This document shows, in pieces, positions 9,490-18,652 of a DNA stretch of 64,000 nt. A program made the translations under genes and the position numbers. The notes beneath the pieces were generated by a model, which saw only the letters and a program-made list of their open reading frames with translations, did not search any database and was not told the DNA's origin. Positions within the stretch are counted from its first letter, which is position 1; each line of letters starts with the position of its first letter. Source of the stretch: a virus; the IMG/VR virus record IMGVR_UViG_3300037258_000514, positions 32,001-96,000 of that record, one strand, 5' to 3'.

Positions 9490-9530
9490 TTTAAAATCGT
9501 GCGTCGGTTCGAACCCGACATGGCGCTCCA
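9490..9530 (+). pseudogene. orphan tRNA 3' half
   Basis: GTCGG-TTCGAAC-CCGAC-ATGGCGC-T-CCA with no matching 5' acceptor strand. Confidence 0.65.
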
Positions 9531-9567
9531 CTTCTTAACTACACCGTGTTTAAGACATATCCACTCA

Positions 9568-10974
9568 TCATCCATTTTCACTCCCTTGCTGCAGTTGATT
9601 TGCCAGTTCCATTGTCATCGCAGTAGAATCCAAACAAAACTGTCCTATCCTGTAGTTCTGTGAAATTAGTGCTGTAAATCCATCCTCTGAATCTCTTCCA
9701 GCAGCAGCGTAAATTCTAGCTAACCCCAAACGCTTTTCCTCAGGAGTTTGACTATACGTTATAACGTTATCCGCTGTACCTATTTTCGACCAATCTTCTG
9801 CAATATGTTTCTTTCCCACAAGATTAGCTTCGTCAGACTCTTTATTACCTTGACTAGCTGTTACAAGTGCTTTATCTCTACTAACAGCAATTCCTCTAAG
9901 TTCCTTGTAGAGTCTACCTGTATCAATACGAAGAATCGAAGAATCAATCCTCATTAAATCCGCATAGTCAACGATGATGATATCTGGATCAAAGGGAATC
10001 TCATGTCCGGCGCCACGCTTAAGAGAATCAAGATACAAGCATAACTGCTCAGTTGATAACATCCCGGGCGGATATTCCTTTATTAGAAATGGAGGAAAAC
10101 TATTTGCCATTGCTAGTAACTTACGACTAACTTCTTTTCTCTTTGCAATGACAGAGTCTCTAATAATATCACGAAAACTAAGTACAACTCCACCTTCCCC
10201 GTCTCTTTGAAAGTAGGGAGTACGTACTTCTTGCGCCTCGTCTTTTGTTAAACTAAACAAAGCTTGAATATAACGTTTTGCTGTCTTCTCTTCGCTTAAT
10301 TCAAGTGTTAGATGAAGTACTTTATGATGATGTTGTATCGCTGCTTTTCCCACGTCTGTTAGCCACCAAGACTTTCCCCTCTTAGCAGCCGCGATGATAA
10401 ACATTAGTGTCTTACGTTCAGGTCTGATCCCCTTTCTATCAAATACTTCTATTCCTGATGAGAAAAATTCATGTTCTTCATTCTTATCCAGAAATCTAAA
10501 TGCTTGTCCAGGATCGAATAACTGTATCCCTTTAGATCCTTCTGTTTGTATTGATACTTGTTTGTAGAGAGCTTCTTTTGCTTGTTCGAGCTCGCCTTGA
10601 TCAACTAAATCTGTTGCTGTTTCAAGTGTTTTCTGTAGCTGCTGAATAGCGATGAAGTGATCGAGTTGTTCAATAATAAACTGCGGTTGGATTAATATGG
10701 ATTGCTTACGAAGTAAATCTATCTCTTGTTTTAAAACACGTCCTTCATCTCCGCGACGAAGTTCGCTCTCGAGTAAATACTCCAACTGCATACCGGGGGC
10801 GATGGAATACTTTTCGATATATGCAAGCGATGTCTTTGCTATATCTTGTGTTTGTTTGTTTGTAAAAAGAGAATTATCGCGTATTCTTAATGCAACCGTA
10901 GCTGCGTGTTCTGCACTAAATGCCAAAAGGCAGAGTACTGCTTCTTCGAGAGCAGCATTAGATATTTTGGTCAT
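9568..10974 (-). CDS. DnaB-like replicative helicase
   Basis: Walker A 'AAAKRGKS', 'LTLELSE', 'IIVDYADLM', 'TASQGN'. Confidence 0.9.
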   Translation of the reverse strand: MTKISNAALEEAVLCLLAFSAEHAATVALRIRDNSLFTNKQTQDIAKTSLAYIEKYSIAPGMQLEYLLESELRRGDEGRVLKQEIDLLRKQSILIQPQFIIEQLDHFIAIQQLQKTLETATDLVDQGELEQAKEALYKQVSIQTEGSKGIQLFDPGQAFRFLDKNEEHEFFSSGIEVFDRKGIRPERKTLMFIIAAAKRGKSWWLTDVGKAAIQHHHKVLHLTLELSEEKTAKRYIQALFSLTKDEAQEVRTPYFQRDGEGGVVLSFRDIIRDSVIAKRKEVSRKLLAMANSFPPFLIKEYPPGMLSTEQLCLYLDSLKRGAGHEIPFDPDIIIVDYADLMRIDSSILRIDTGRLYKELRGIAVSRDKALVTASQGNKESDEANLVGKKHIAEDWSKIGTADNVITYSQTPEEKRLGLARIYAAAGRDSEDGFTALISQNYRIGQFCLDSTAMTMELANQLQQGSENG

Positions 10975-11171
10975 TTACTATCGAGCGGCGAGAATTGCTT
11001 TCTTAACTTCGCTTACAGGAACTGCTCCTGTTGCATTCTTCTGTTCAAGCATTAACTTAAAAAAGACTGAGAAGTTTTGATTTAATTCCGCGATCTGGGC
11101 TGTCGTCTCAACACGAAGTGCAGCTTCCATACTGTTTAGTGATTTAAACTGATTTCTAATTTCGTTAGATG

Positions 11172-12326
11172 TCATTCTAGCTCCTTTGGTAAAACTAATA
11201 GCCCACTGTTTGTATAAACTAAGGAATACATTGTAGTTGATGTTAGTTCAAATGTTGCAGAGCACTTTCTTGTTTCCTCAACACAACATTTTACTAAGTG
11301 CACTCCTGTTCCTGTAAGTTGTTTTGGACCGACATGCTCAACAAGAAATTTAGCGATATTTTCAGCTGTAGGATTAAATGGAGTAATTACAACAGTTTTA
11401 TCAAGAGCCTTAAATGTTTTACTCCAAGGATCTTTCTTCCATATTAAAAATCTATGATCCCAGTTTGTTTCTAGCCATTGGCATAGAAGTGTGTTAATTA
11501 CTCCAAAATCAATTACTCTTCCTATTGAATCTAGAGAAGAAGCAACGCATGTAAAGTGTATTCTATAATTATGTCCATGAGCGTGGGAGCAAGCCCCTTC
11601 GTGTCCATATACTCTATGACCTGAAGAGAAATCGTGATAACGAGTAGCTGTAATTAAACTGTTATGAATTTTCTTAGCTATCCATAAGGGAATATCATGC
11701 TCCCAAAGTATTTCGACTTCCCATCCCTTTGCTTTGATAAAGCTAAGTCTTTGTTTTTCGTATGAAATACTTTTCTCTAAAACTTGTTTATCTACAATTT
11801 TATCAAATCCACATATCGAGCAGTTATGCCAAAAACATCCATTAACTTCGAGAATTTTCTTCTCATTTAGTGAGGCAAAATCTACTTGGTATCTTCCGAT
11901 ATGATATTGCCTTTTCCATCCCTGAAGATATTTCGCAACTAAATCTTCTACTTTTGATGTTTTTCTTCTGCCAACTTCAGGAGAATGAAAAATCCAATGT
12001 GCACCATTTTTTAGTGCTGTTGAAATCTTCTTAGCTATTTCAGGATCTTTAGCTATATTCTTCTCGCCATGCTGATATCCTACTTTAGGCATAGAAGTTC
12101 CGTAAATACCTAAGTATGTTTTTCCTTTTGTTCCGTGTCCTTGTTTATAAACAGGTCCGGATTTTACTTCGTGCGACAATCTTATAATTTTTGTTCCGCA
12201 TCCACAGGAACATTCTACTTCTATGGGTGTTAAGCATAAATTGCATATAAACGATTTAATATCGTTAGCTAGAAAACGGTCCTCGCAGTATTTGCAACTA
12301 CGCTCTTTCGGTGTAGTTAAACGCAT
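11172..12326 (-). CDS. queD: QueD (6-carboxytetrahydropterin synthase) with an N-terminal Vsr/DUF559-like endonuclease fusion
   Basis: C-terminal 'RYHDFSSGHRV...HGHNY...VIDFG...DHRFL...NPTAENIA..ET'; N-terminal CSCGCG and 'VDF...LEVNGCFWH...ILWEHD'. Confidence 0.85.
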   Translation of the reverse strand: MRLTTPKERSCKYCEDRFLANDIKSFICNLCLTPIEVECSCGCGTKIIRLSHEVKSGPVYKQGHGTKGKTYLGIYGTSMPKVGYQHGEKNIAKDPEIAKKISTALKNGAHWIFHSPEVGRRKTSKVEDLVAKYLQGWKRQYHIGRYQVDFASLNEKKILEVNGCFWHNCSICGFDKIVDKQVLEKSISYEKQRLSFIKAKGWEVEILWEHDIPLWIAKKIHNSLITATRYHDFSSGHRVYGHEGACSHAHGHNYRIHFTCVASSLDSIGRVIDFGVINTLLCQWLETNWDHRFLIWKKDPWSKTFKALDKTVVITPFNPTAENIAKFLVEHVGPKQLTGTGVHLVKCCVEETRKCSATFELTSTTMYSLVYTNSGLLVLPKELE

Positions 12327-12336
12327 AAATCGTTTC

Positions 12337-12588
12337 TCACTTCTTGTCCCTCACTAACTGCGCTTTCTTTTTTGCTCTGTTGATTCTTCTATGTCTTGCT
12401 GAATGACAGGCTCTGCATCTCGGTTGTACTTTCCACCACCATCTATAGCCGCTATAATGATCGTACTCACAAGGACCCCCACCACAATCCACGCAAGGCA
12501 GATAAAAGGGTGGATCAATAGTACCTTTGCGTATAGCGCGGTAAATGCGACAGTGACAGCGATGAGCCACTTTGTTCTTCGTTGCCAT
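12337..12588 (-). CDS. small HNH-like Zn-binding protein
   Basis: 'CVDCG....EYDHY.GY....VQPRCRACHS.RH'. Confidence 0.55.
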   Translation of the reverse strand: MATKNKVAHRCHCRIYRAIRKGTIDPPFYLPCVDCGGGPCEYDHYSGYRWWWKVQPRCRACHSARHRRINRAKKKAQLVRDKK

Positions 12589-12734
12589 TTCATTTAGATT
12601 TTGCCTGGTCGTCTGCTATTTTTGTCGCTGCCGCAATTCGGGCAAGTTCAGCAAACATAGAACTACCTTTAATTGTTTGTGAAATTCTTCTTCTTCGAGC
12701 TTTAGATTTACCTCTATTGGCATTATACTTCTTA

Positions 12735-14828
12735 TTAATCGCCATCATGCTCACTTACCTTATAAATTTTACTTCCTGTTGTTTCTTTTACTACAGTCCA
12801 TATTTCCTTAAAACCACTGAACGCTAATGCTCTGTGATCTACGATCCAGATTTGTTTATCATTTGCTTCTGCTCGATACTGAAGTGATTGTAATAAATCT
12901 TCAATACCTTCTGATGATAACCATGATGATGGTTCATCCCACACTTCAAATGTAAATCTAACTCCTGCTGCTCTATGTATTAAACTAGCTAATCCCATAG
13001 CAATAGCAAGGCGAAGGCGCTGTGTTTCTCCCCCTGACCATACATCCCAAGTACCTTGTGCCGTAGGAGAACTAATATGTATTTGTACACCTAACTTGAT
13101 CGTAGCTGATTTTGTTTCGGTTTCAGTGGCGAGTGCCACACTCCAGCCTGTCAACCCTAGCGCACTTATTGCAGACTGAATTTCGAGTTGTAACACAGCA
13201 AGTACCTGCTGAACGAAATAAAGCCGAATGCGTTTAAAACCATGCTTCCAATATTCGGCGGCGATAACTTGTGATTCTATTAATTTATACTCAGTTTCTT
13301 GAGCTACCAGCAGTGTGAGTAAACGTGATCTTTCTTCTTTAACTCTTTCAAGTTTTTTTATGAAAGGATTTTCTTCGATACTAACTGCTGCCATCTGTAT
13401 GGCGTAAGGATCTTTCTTATTCTTAACATCTACAATTTGCTTTGTAAATGGATTGTTTTCGTTTTCGAGCACTGCAAGTTGTTTTATGTAAGGATCGTTA
13501 TCGTGTGCGCGAACGAGCGCCGAAGCGTCTTTCTCAATCTGTCGAATCTGATCTTTTAGGCTTTTTACCTCCTTCTCAAGTATTTGCTTCTTACCATTAT
13601 GTTGAGAATTTGTTACGATGCAACCCTGAATCTGTAAGTTAAAGTCTATAATTTCTTTAGATTTAACTTCTACAACAGCCTGCGCTTTATCACGAGTGTC
13701 TTCGAGAGTTTTCTTTATCTTGCCAACACACTCAAGTTCGTGCTTCTTCTTATCATGTTCGATCTTCTGAAAGCACGTAGGGCACGTTTCTTGTGTCCAG
13801 AGGGAGGCTGCCGTATCACAACTCGCTATATCGTATGTTGTCTTATATAAGATTGCTGTCTGTTCTTTATTTATCTTTTCAAATTCTTTTACAAGGAGTT
13901 GCATTTGTTGAATGTGTCCCTGTAAAGGATTACTTACAAAGTTCTCATACTCAAACTCTAACGGTGCAAGACGTGTTTCAAGATCTTCTATCTGCTGAAG
14001 TTTATCTTCAGCTTCTGTCATTTTGGATTGTTTCCACTCAGCGATACTTTCTGTAAGATGAATGATCTGCTCTTGTTGCTTTCCCAACCAGTTTATAGCT
14101 TGACTTTCAAGTAGGGTTACTTGACGTACTTTTTCATCAGCCCAATCACGTGATTGTTTATCTAGTGACGCAAGCCGCAAGTCTCTTTCAAGATTCCAAG
14201 TTTGTATATCAGCTGATAAGGTTTCTTCAGTAGCTAATGAGTTTAAACTGCCGTTAGTAAAAGCCCGTGCTGTTTTCTTTTGTTCCAAAACTTTTTCAAG
14301 ACTGGATTGCTTGCTACTTGCAGCTTCAGTTGCTTTCTGCCAGACGCTTAGTGAGAGTACTTCGTCAAGTAGAGCGCCACGTTCCGACGTATCTTTATCC
14401 GGAAATAATTCGACACCTTGTCCGAAGATAACAGAATTAAGAAAACGAAGTTTAGATAAGCAGAAAAGTTGATCTACTTCATTTTGTGTTACGATCACGT
14501 CGTTTATTTCGACCTTCATTGGAGGACCGTAACGTTTTACTTTGTATAGGGTTTCATCTATAAACACATGAAATTCTACTTCTGTAGTTTCCTGTCCCCA
14601 ACTTATTACAGAAGATGTTCGTGCACCTTTTATGCTAGTGCCTGTTACACACCAACAAACAGCATCCCAAAATGAACTTTTACCAGCTCCATTAGCTCCG
14701 AGTCGTAGATCTACCTTATTATTGCCTGATAGAAGTTTTAATCCATTTGTATCAGGAAACACAACTGTTTCACTAGAGAACGAACGAAAGTTCTTAATCG
14801 TTACGCGTTGTGGTTTAATAGTCTTCAT
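12735..14828 (-). CDS. SbcC/Rad50-like SMC ATPase
   Basis: 'GANGAGKS', CPTC zinc hook, 'SGGETQR', 'VWDEP', 'IVDH'. Confidence 0.92.
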   Translation of the reverse strand: MKTIKPQRVTIKNFRSFSSETVVFPDTNGLKLLSGNNKVDLRLGANGAGKSSFWDAVCWCVTGTSIKGARTSSVISWGQETTEVEFHVFIDETLYKVKRYGPPMKVEINDVIVTQNEVDQLFCLSKLRFLNSVIFGQGVELFPDKDTSERGALLDEVLSLSVWQKATEAASSKQSSLEKVLEQKKTARAFTNGSLNSLATEETLSADIQTWNLERDLRLASLDKQSRDWADEKVRQVTLLESQAINWLGKQQEQIIHLTESIAEWKQSKMTEAEDKLQQIEDLETRLAPLEFEYENFVSNPLQGHIQQMQLLVKEFEKINKEQTAILYKTTYDIASCDTAASLWTQETCPTCFQKIEHDKKKHELECVGKIKKTLEDTRDKAQAVVEVKSKEIIDFNLQIQGCIVTNSQHNGKKQILEKEVKSLKDQIRQIEKDASALVRAHDNDPYIKQLAVLENENNPFTKQIVDVKNKKDPYAIQMAAVSIEENPFIKKLERVKEERSRLLTLLVAQETEYKLIESQVIAAEYWKHGFKRIRLYFVQQVLAVLQLEIQSAISALGLTGWSVALATETETKSATIKLGVQIHISSPTAQGTWDVWSGGETQRLRLAIAMGLASLIHRAAGVRFTFEVWDEPSSWLSSEGIEDLLQSLQYRAEANDKQIWIVDHRALAFSGFKEIWTVVKETTGSKIYKVSEHDGD

Positions 14829-14924
14829 CTAATCTACATCATTTCGTCATCATAGCCTAAGAGACACGCCATAGCAAAACGATCAAGCAAACGCTAAGCA
14901 ACCAATGGCAATTAGCAGAGTAAA

Positions 14925-15215
14925 TTAGTCTTCGAGGCGGACAGCGCGCTCGATATTTGTTTCGATTCTGGCTACAGGCACAGGGGGCGGTGGAGGAGGG
15001 GCAGCTTGAGGAATAGGACCATTGTAAATAAAGATTCTATCGCCGCTGCCATTATCCTGCCAGTTCAAAAATCCGTGTGTTGTTTCTATTCTGCCCATTG
15101 TATTATTCCAAACAACGGGCACACCTTTTTCTTGTAGAATGGGAATAAGAGCTTGATCTCCTGGAAGCGCCCTAAGGCGAGAATAACTAATCGTGACTTT
15201 AATTTCATTCCCCAT
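14925..15215 (-). CDS. hypothetical protein ending ERAVRLED
   Basis: Tightly packed ORF with a Pro-rich linker. Confidence 0.6.
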   Translation of the reverse strand: MGNEIKVTISYSRLRALPGDQALIPILQEKGVPVVWNNTMGRIETTHGFLNWQDNGSGDRIFIYNGPIPQAAPPPPPPVPVARIETNIERAVRLED

Positions 15216-15216
15216 C

Positions 15217-15810
15217 TTAGTCTTCTAATCTAATCTCTCTATCTTCTTCTACTGTTACGTGAATCGCATTTTTTGCTTTTGCTGCATGTGCAAGGTGTTG
15301 CCTAGCTATAAGAAGTTCTGTTTCAAGTTCGCGCTTTTCCTTAAGTAATGCTGTATAAGAATTTGAAGTTCCTACATTCGAAGTAGAATTATCAACTGCA
15401 CCGCTATAATGCGAGGGGTAGGATGTATTTCCAGGAACAAGTCCTCCAGACGCTCCAATTTCTACGATTTCACTATCTGGAGGAATATATGCGTAATTAG
15501 AAAAGTTAGGACTAGCACTTGTACAGTTAACATTTGTGGTAAAAGATACTGCTGTTTCTTTGGCATTTTTAATTGCTGATGACAATTGCTTAATCTTTTC
15601 TGCTGTTAAGTTAACAGTACCTGTAAGATGTTTGTCAAACGATTCTAAGTCAGCGGCAGTAGCTTTTGATATGTAGGGCGAATTTGAATATGAAGGTCCG
15701 GGAGTAGATTGAGTATTCATACCTGTAAGTTCGCGCGGAACATGCTCTCCGCACTCTATACAAAGGCAAAGACTGCTTCCATCGTCGTAAAATTTATGAG
15801 CGCACTTCAT
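15217..15810 (-). CDS. hypothetical protein ending DREIRLED
   Basis: TAATG-coupled; N-terminal Cys/His cluster. Confidence 0.6.
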   Translation of the reverse strand: MKCAHKFYDDGSSLCLCIECGEHVPRELTGMNTQSTPGPSYSNSPYISKATAADLESFDKHLTGTVNLTAEKIKQLSSAIKNAKETAVSFTTNVNCTSASPNFSNYAYIPPDSEIVEIGASGGLVPGNTSYPSHYSGAVDNSTSNVGTSNSYTALLKEKRELETELLIARQHLAHAAKAKNAIHVTVEEDREIRLED

Positions 15811-15998
15811 TAGTCTTCAAATCTTACTTCACGTTCTGCCTGTATTTCAGTTGTACAATTAACTGTAGCACGTGCCTCATTTATTGACTCTACACAACCA
15901 ATAAGCATAAGATGCGTTTTTAGCATCGCTATGCGAAGTTCGTTCTCGATCTTGTTCTCTTCTAACTTATTGTGGAGGAAAATTTCTCTAACGTGCAT
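15810..15998 (-). CDS. hypothetical protein ending EREVRFED
   Basis: ATG 1 nt after the sbcD-like stop. Confidence 0.55.
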   Translation of the reverse strand: MHVREIFLHNKLEENKIENELRIAMLKTHLMLIGCVESINEARATVNCTTEIQAEREVRFED

Positions 15999-15999
15999 A

Positions 16000-16995
16000 T
16001 TATATACCTTCCAACAGTGCAACACCCATATCAATTACATCGCTGCTAAGTTTTTCATCTGCGCCGAATGTACGGACAACTTCCGCTGGTTTCATCAGTT
16101 CGAGTTGTTCTACTTTCTTGTTAGTATTAGCCTTTACTCCATCACCGATGAGTATACTTTCAGTAGAAGCTATATGAATCCCACGATCACTTCCCCACTT
16201 AGTTATCACTTTTTGTTCTTCAGGCCACTGCGTAAGTTGCTTACCTGTTAGATGATATCTTATTCTAACTTGGTCGCCTTTCTTATAAGGCATAGTCATG
16301 AGTTCTTGTGAAGATGCAATATCTAAGATTGCTCTTTTTGTTGTATCAAGCCATATATCTATAGGCATGGCAAAGCAATCATCTTTAATAAGTATTACTC
16401 TATTAGGCCACGATTCACTAAATTTTACCGGATGCGGCGTACCGATGTAAATTACGTTTCCAACAGTTTGTGGACGATGAATGTCTCCTGAGTAAATAAT
16501 AAAGTTATTTACTGATAATGGCAGAGTACAACCGGACAGCACTCTATCATTCTCTACAAGTGACCCGGAAACACACTGATGCATGAATAACGTCTTTACT
16601 CCTTTGAAATTTAGCTTTTCCCAATCTTTCTCAGGGTTAGAAGTAAACGGTAGGAAATACACGCCATCATGTAACTCCGGTTCTTGAATGTATTTAATGC
16701 CTAGTTTGTTAAGAAATTTCCAGTAATATAATCCTGTTGTTGGTGCATCGTGGTTTCCTGATATGATCTTTATATCTGCTTTTGTAAAAGATTGAAGATG
16801 ACTAAATACGTCTATCACTCCGTTAATAAGAGTTCGTGAGTGGTAATCCTTTCTGTCTACAAGATCACCTAAGCAATCAATCTCACTAACTTGATGCTTA
16901 ATAGCTAACTCTTCTAACGTCTTAAAAATATTCCATCTGTAAGCTTCCAGTGGATTGTCTGTTAGATGAGGATCTGTAAAGAGTAATCTGTTCAT
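16000..16995 (-). CDS. SbcD/Mre11-like nuclease
   Basis: DPH, LGD, GNHD, MHQ, GDIH metallophosphoesterase motifs; near sbcC. Confidence 0.9.
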   Translation of the reverse strand: MNRLLFTDPHLTDNPLEAYRWNIFKTLEELAIKHQVSEIDCLGDLVDRKDYHSRTLINGVIDVFSHLQSFTKADIKIISGNHDAPTTGLYYWKFLNKLGIKYIQEPELHDGVYFLPFTSNPEKDWEKLNFKGVKTLFMHQCVSGSLVENDRVLSGCTLPLSVNNFIIYSGDIHRPQTVGNVIYIGTPHPVKFSESWPNRVILIKDDCFAMPIDIWLDTTKRAILDIASSQELMTMPYKKGDQVRIRYHLTGKQLTQWPEEQKVITKWGSDRGIHIASTESILIGDGVKANTNKKVEQLELMKPAEVVRTFGADEKLSSDVIDMGVALLEGI

Positions 16996-17372
16996 CTTTT
17001 TAGCTCAGGTACAAAATCTCTATGCGTTGGTTTAAGTCGAAACGACTTTCTAGTTATTTGCATTTTATCCCATGAATAATCAAATTCAGCTCCACAACAT
17101 AAACAGGTGATGTACGAGCGATTTTCTTGTTTTATTGTAAAAACACGACTCGTATGTTCATGTTTGCATCCGAACAAAAAATTAAGTAGATTAAAAAGCA
17201 TCTTCTACACACTTTGCATCCTCATACACCACTAAACAACGAGGACAGATTTTAGGTCGCTCTCTAGTCTTCATTGAAAATTCTAACCCACAATCCCAAC
17301 AGTGCCACATACGATAAGTTGTTAAAACTACTTCAAGAGTTTGTGAACCACAATTAGGCAGGATTTCGCGGA

Positions 17373-17930
17373 TCATTCTCTTGTCCTTAACAACTTACCC
17401 AAGTATGCCTTAGATGGAATTTCTTTAACAAATTCTTCCAGTCTAAACATATATACCTGTCCGTTGAATATCTTGTGGAAAGATAAAGTTTCAGGAACAT
17501 TTTCAAAAACTTCATCGAAACAATATTTCATACCATTTATAGGCATGAAAAGCAAATCGGGTTTATGATTTTGTTTCGCAATAAGCCACCACATCTTACC
17601 TAATCCTTCCGCTTCACTTTGTACTTTTAGTAACGCATCGTAGAGTAAACCTTTACGAAAAAGAAAGTTGTGTATTTCTAGATCTTTCCAAAATTTACAC
17701 TCAACAACAAACTGAGAACAGAAATCAAAAGCAAGAGGATCTTGTGCCATCAGATCCCCTGCTTGCCCTGCTGAAATTAGTTGTTTGTTATAGTTTGTAA
17801 ACTGTGCGCCTGATCCGACCGTACGACAGAGTAATTTTTTATGAACGCCTTCGGAGAGCCAGAGACTGATTTTCTCACTTACATCGTTTTCATAACCTCC
17901 ACCTTTAGCTTTTCCTCCTCCACTACGCAT
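17373..17930 (-). CDS. Holliday junction resolvase (PD-(D/E)xK)
   Basis: 'GKAKGGGYE', 'AGDL', 'VVECK'. Confidence 0.8.
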   Translation of the reverse strand: MRSGGGKAKGGGYENDVSEKISLWLSEGVHKKLLCRTVGSGAQFTNYNKQLISAGQAGDLMAQDPLAFDFCSQFVVECKFWKDLEIHNFLFRKGLLYDALLKVQSEAEGLGKMWWLIAKQNHKPDLLFMPINGMKYCFDEVFENVPETLSFHKIFNGQVYMFRLEEFVKEIPSKAYLGKLLRTRE

Positions 17931-18051
17931 GATGCACTTCCAATCCGGAAGTTATTATTAGTTTTCTTCCTTGCCACCAGTTATGTACACCGATATAAAA
18001 ACATCCATCTATAATATTAGTTGTTTTGTATATCGTAAACTGTTTCGTCAT
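17923..18051 (-). pseudogene. internally deleted GIY-YIG homing endonuclease remnant
   Basis: My translation MTKQFTIYKTTNIIDGCFYIGVH-NWWQGRK joins the N- and C-terminal motifs seen in the intact 56376..56981 gene. Confidence 0.7.
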
Positions 18052-18425
18052 ATATTCTTCTCATGCCCGTGACAAAGAATATGTCCGCACGTTGTGCAAT
18101 AAAGTTCATTCTCAATGTCATCAGGTCTAAAGTCAATGTCATGTGGAGCGAAGCCGTGCCGCTCTGCTGCTCTATCTTCTAACAGCCAAAGTACGTTTTG
18201 TAAAAATCTAATAGAATGATCGTTGTTAATATGCTGATGTTGATTGTTGAGATAACGAAATCTATGTATGAGTGCACGGATGTTATCTTGAATATTTGTT
18301 CCGGAGTGGCTTCCTACGTTTCCTGGATAACCGTCTCCTTCACGCTTCATAAAATCAAGCTGTTGGGGAAGACCTCCGTCATAACTATCAAGTAAGTAAC
18401 TATGTCCAGGATCGAGTACTATCAT
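18048..18425 (-). CDS. hypothetical phage protein
   Basis: Overlap-coupled ORF. Confidence 0.6.
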   Translation of the reverse strand: MIVLDPGHSYLLDSYDGGLPQQLDFMKREGDGYPGNVGSHSGTNIQDNIRALIHRFRYLNNQHQHINNDHSIRFLQNVLWLLEDRAAERHGFAPHDIDFRPDDIENELYCTTCGHILCHGHEKNI

Positions 18426-18652
18426 TTAAGTATGTTCTTTCTTTGTTCTTCCATAAGCGCTGCGCACTCAATTGCGTCGAGCATTTTCTGATCGTTAAGT
18501 GTATTTAAACCTAGACGAATACGTTCTTGTATCCATGCTAAGATTGCTACTTGCGCGGCAGGATCTCGTGCAAGGAGAACAAACATTAATTCATCATCTC
18601 CAGCTCGATTAAAACAACTATTTGGATTAGCTACTTCTTCATTTTTTCTCAT
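18422..18652 (-). CDS. hypothetical phage protein
   Basis: 'SCFNRAGDDE.MFVLLARDPAA' recurrent phage motif. Confidence 0.6.
   Translation of the reverse strand: MRKNEEVANPNSCFNRAGDDELMFVLLARDPAAQVAILAWIQERIRLGLNTLNDQKMLDAIECAALMEEQRKNILK

Noticed and set aside
9421-9663. ORF-track proteins overlapping RNA genes or antisense to real genes (e.g. 9421..9663, 51011..51406, 58581..59009, 61551..61919, most of 46068..46469)
   Set aside because: Shadow ORFs with no motifs or RBS, better explained by tRNAs, ncRNAs or opposite-strand genes.
11172-12326. Intein in QueD
   Set aside because: No N-terminal extein and no intein block A splice motif; the nuclease is a simple N-terminal fusion, although an 'HNS' tripeptide occurs near the junction.
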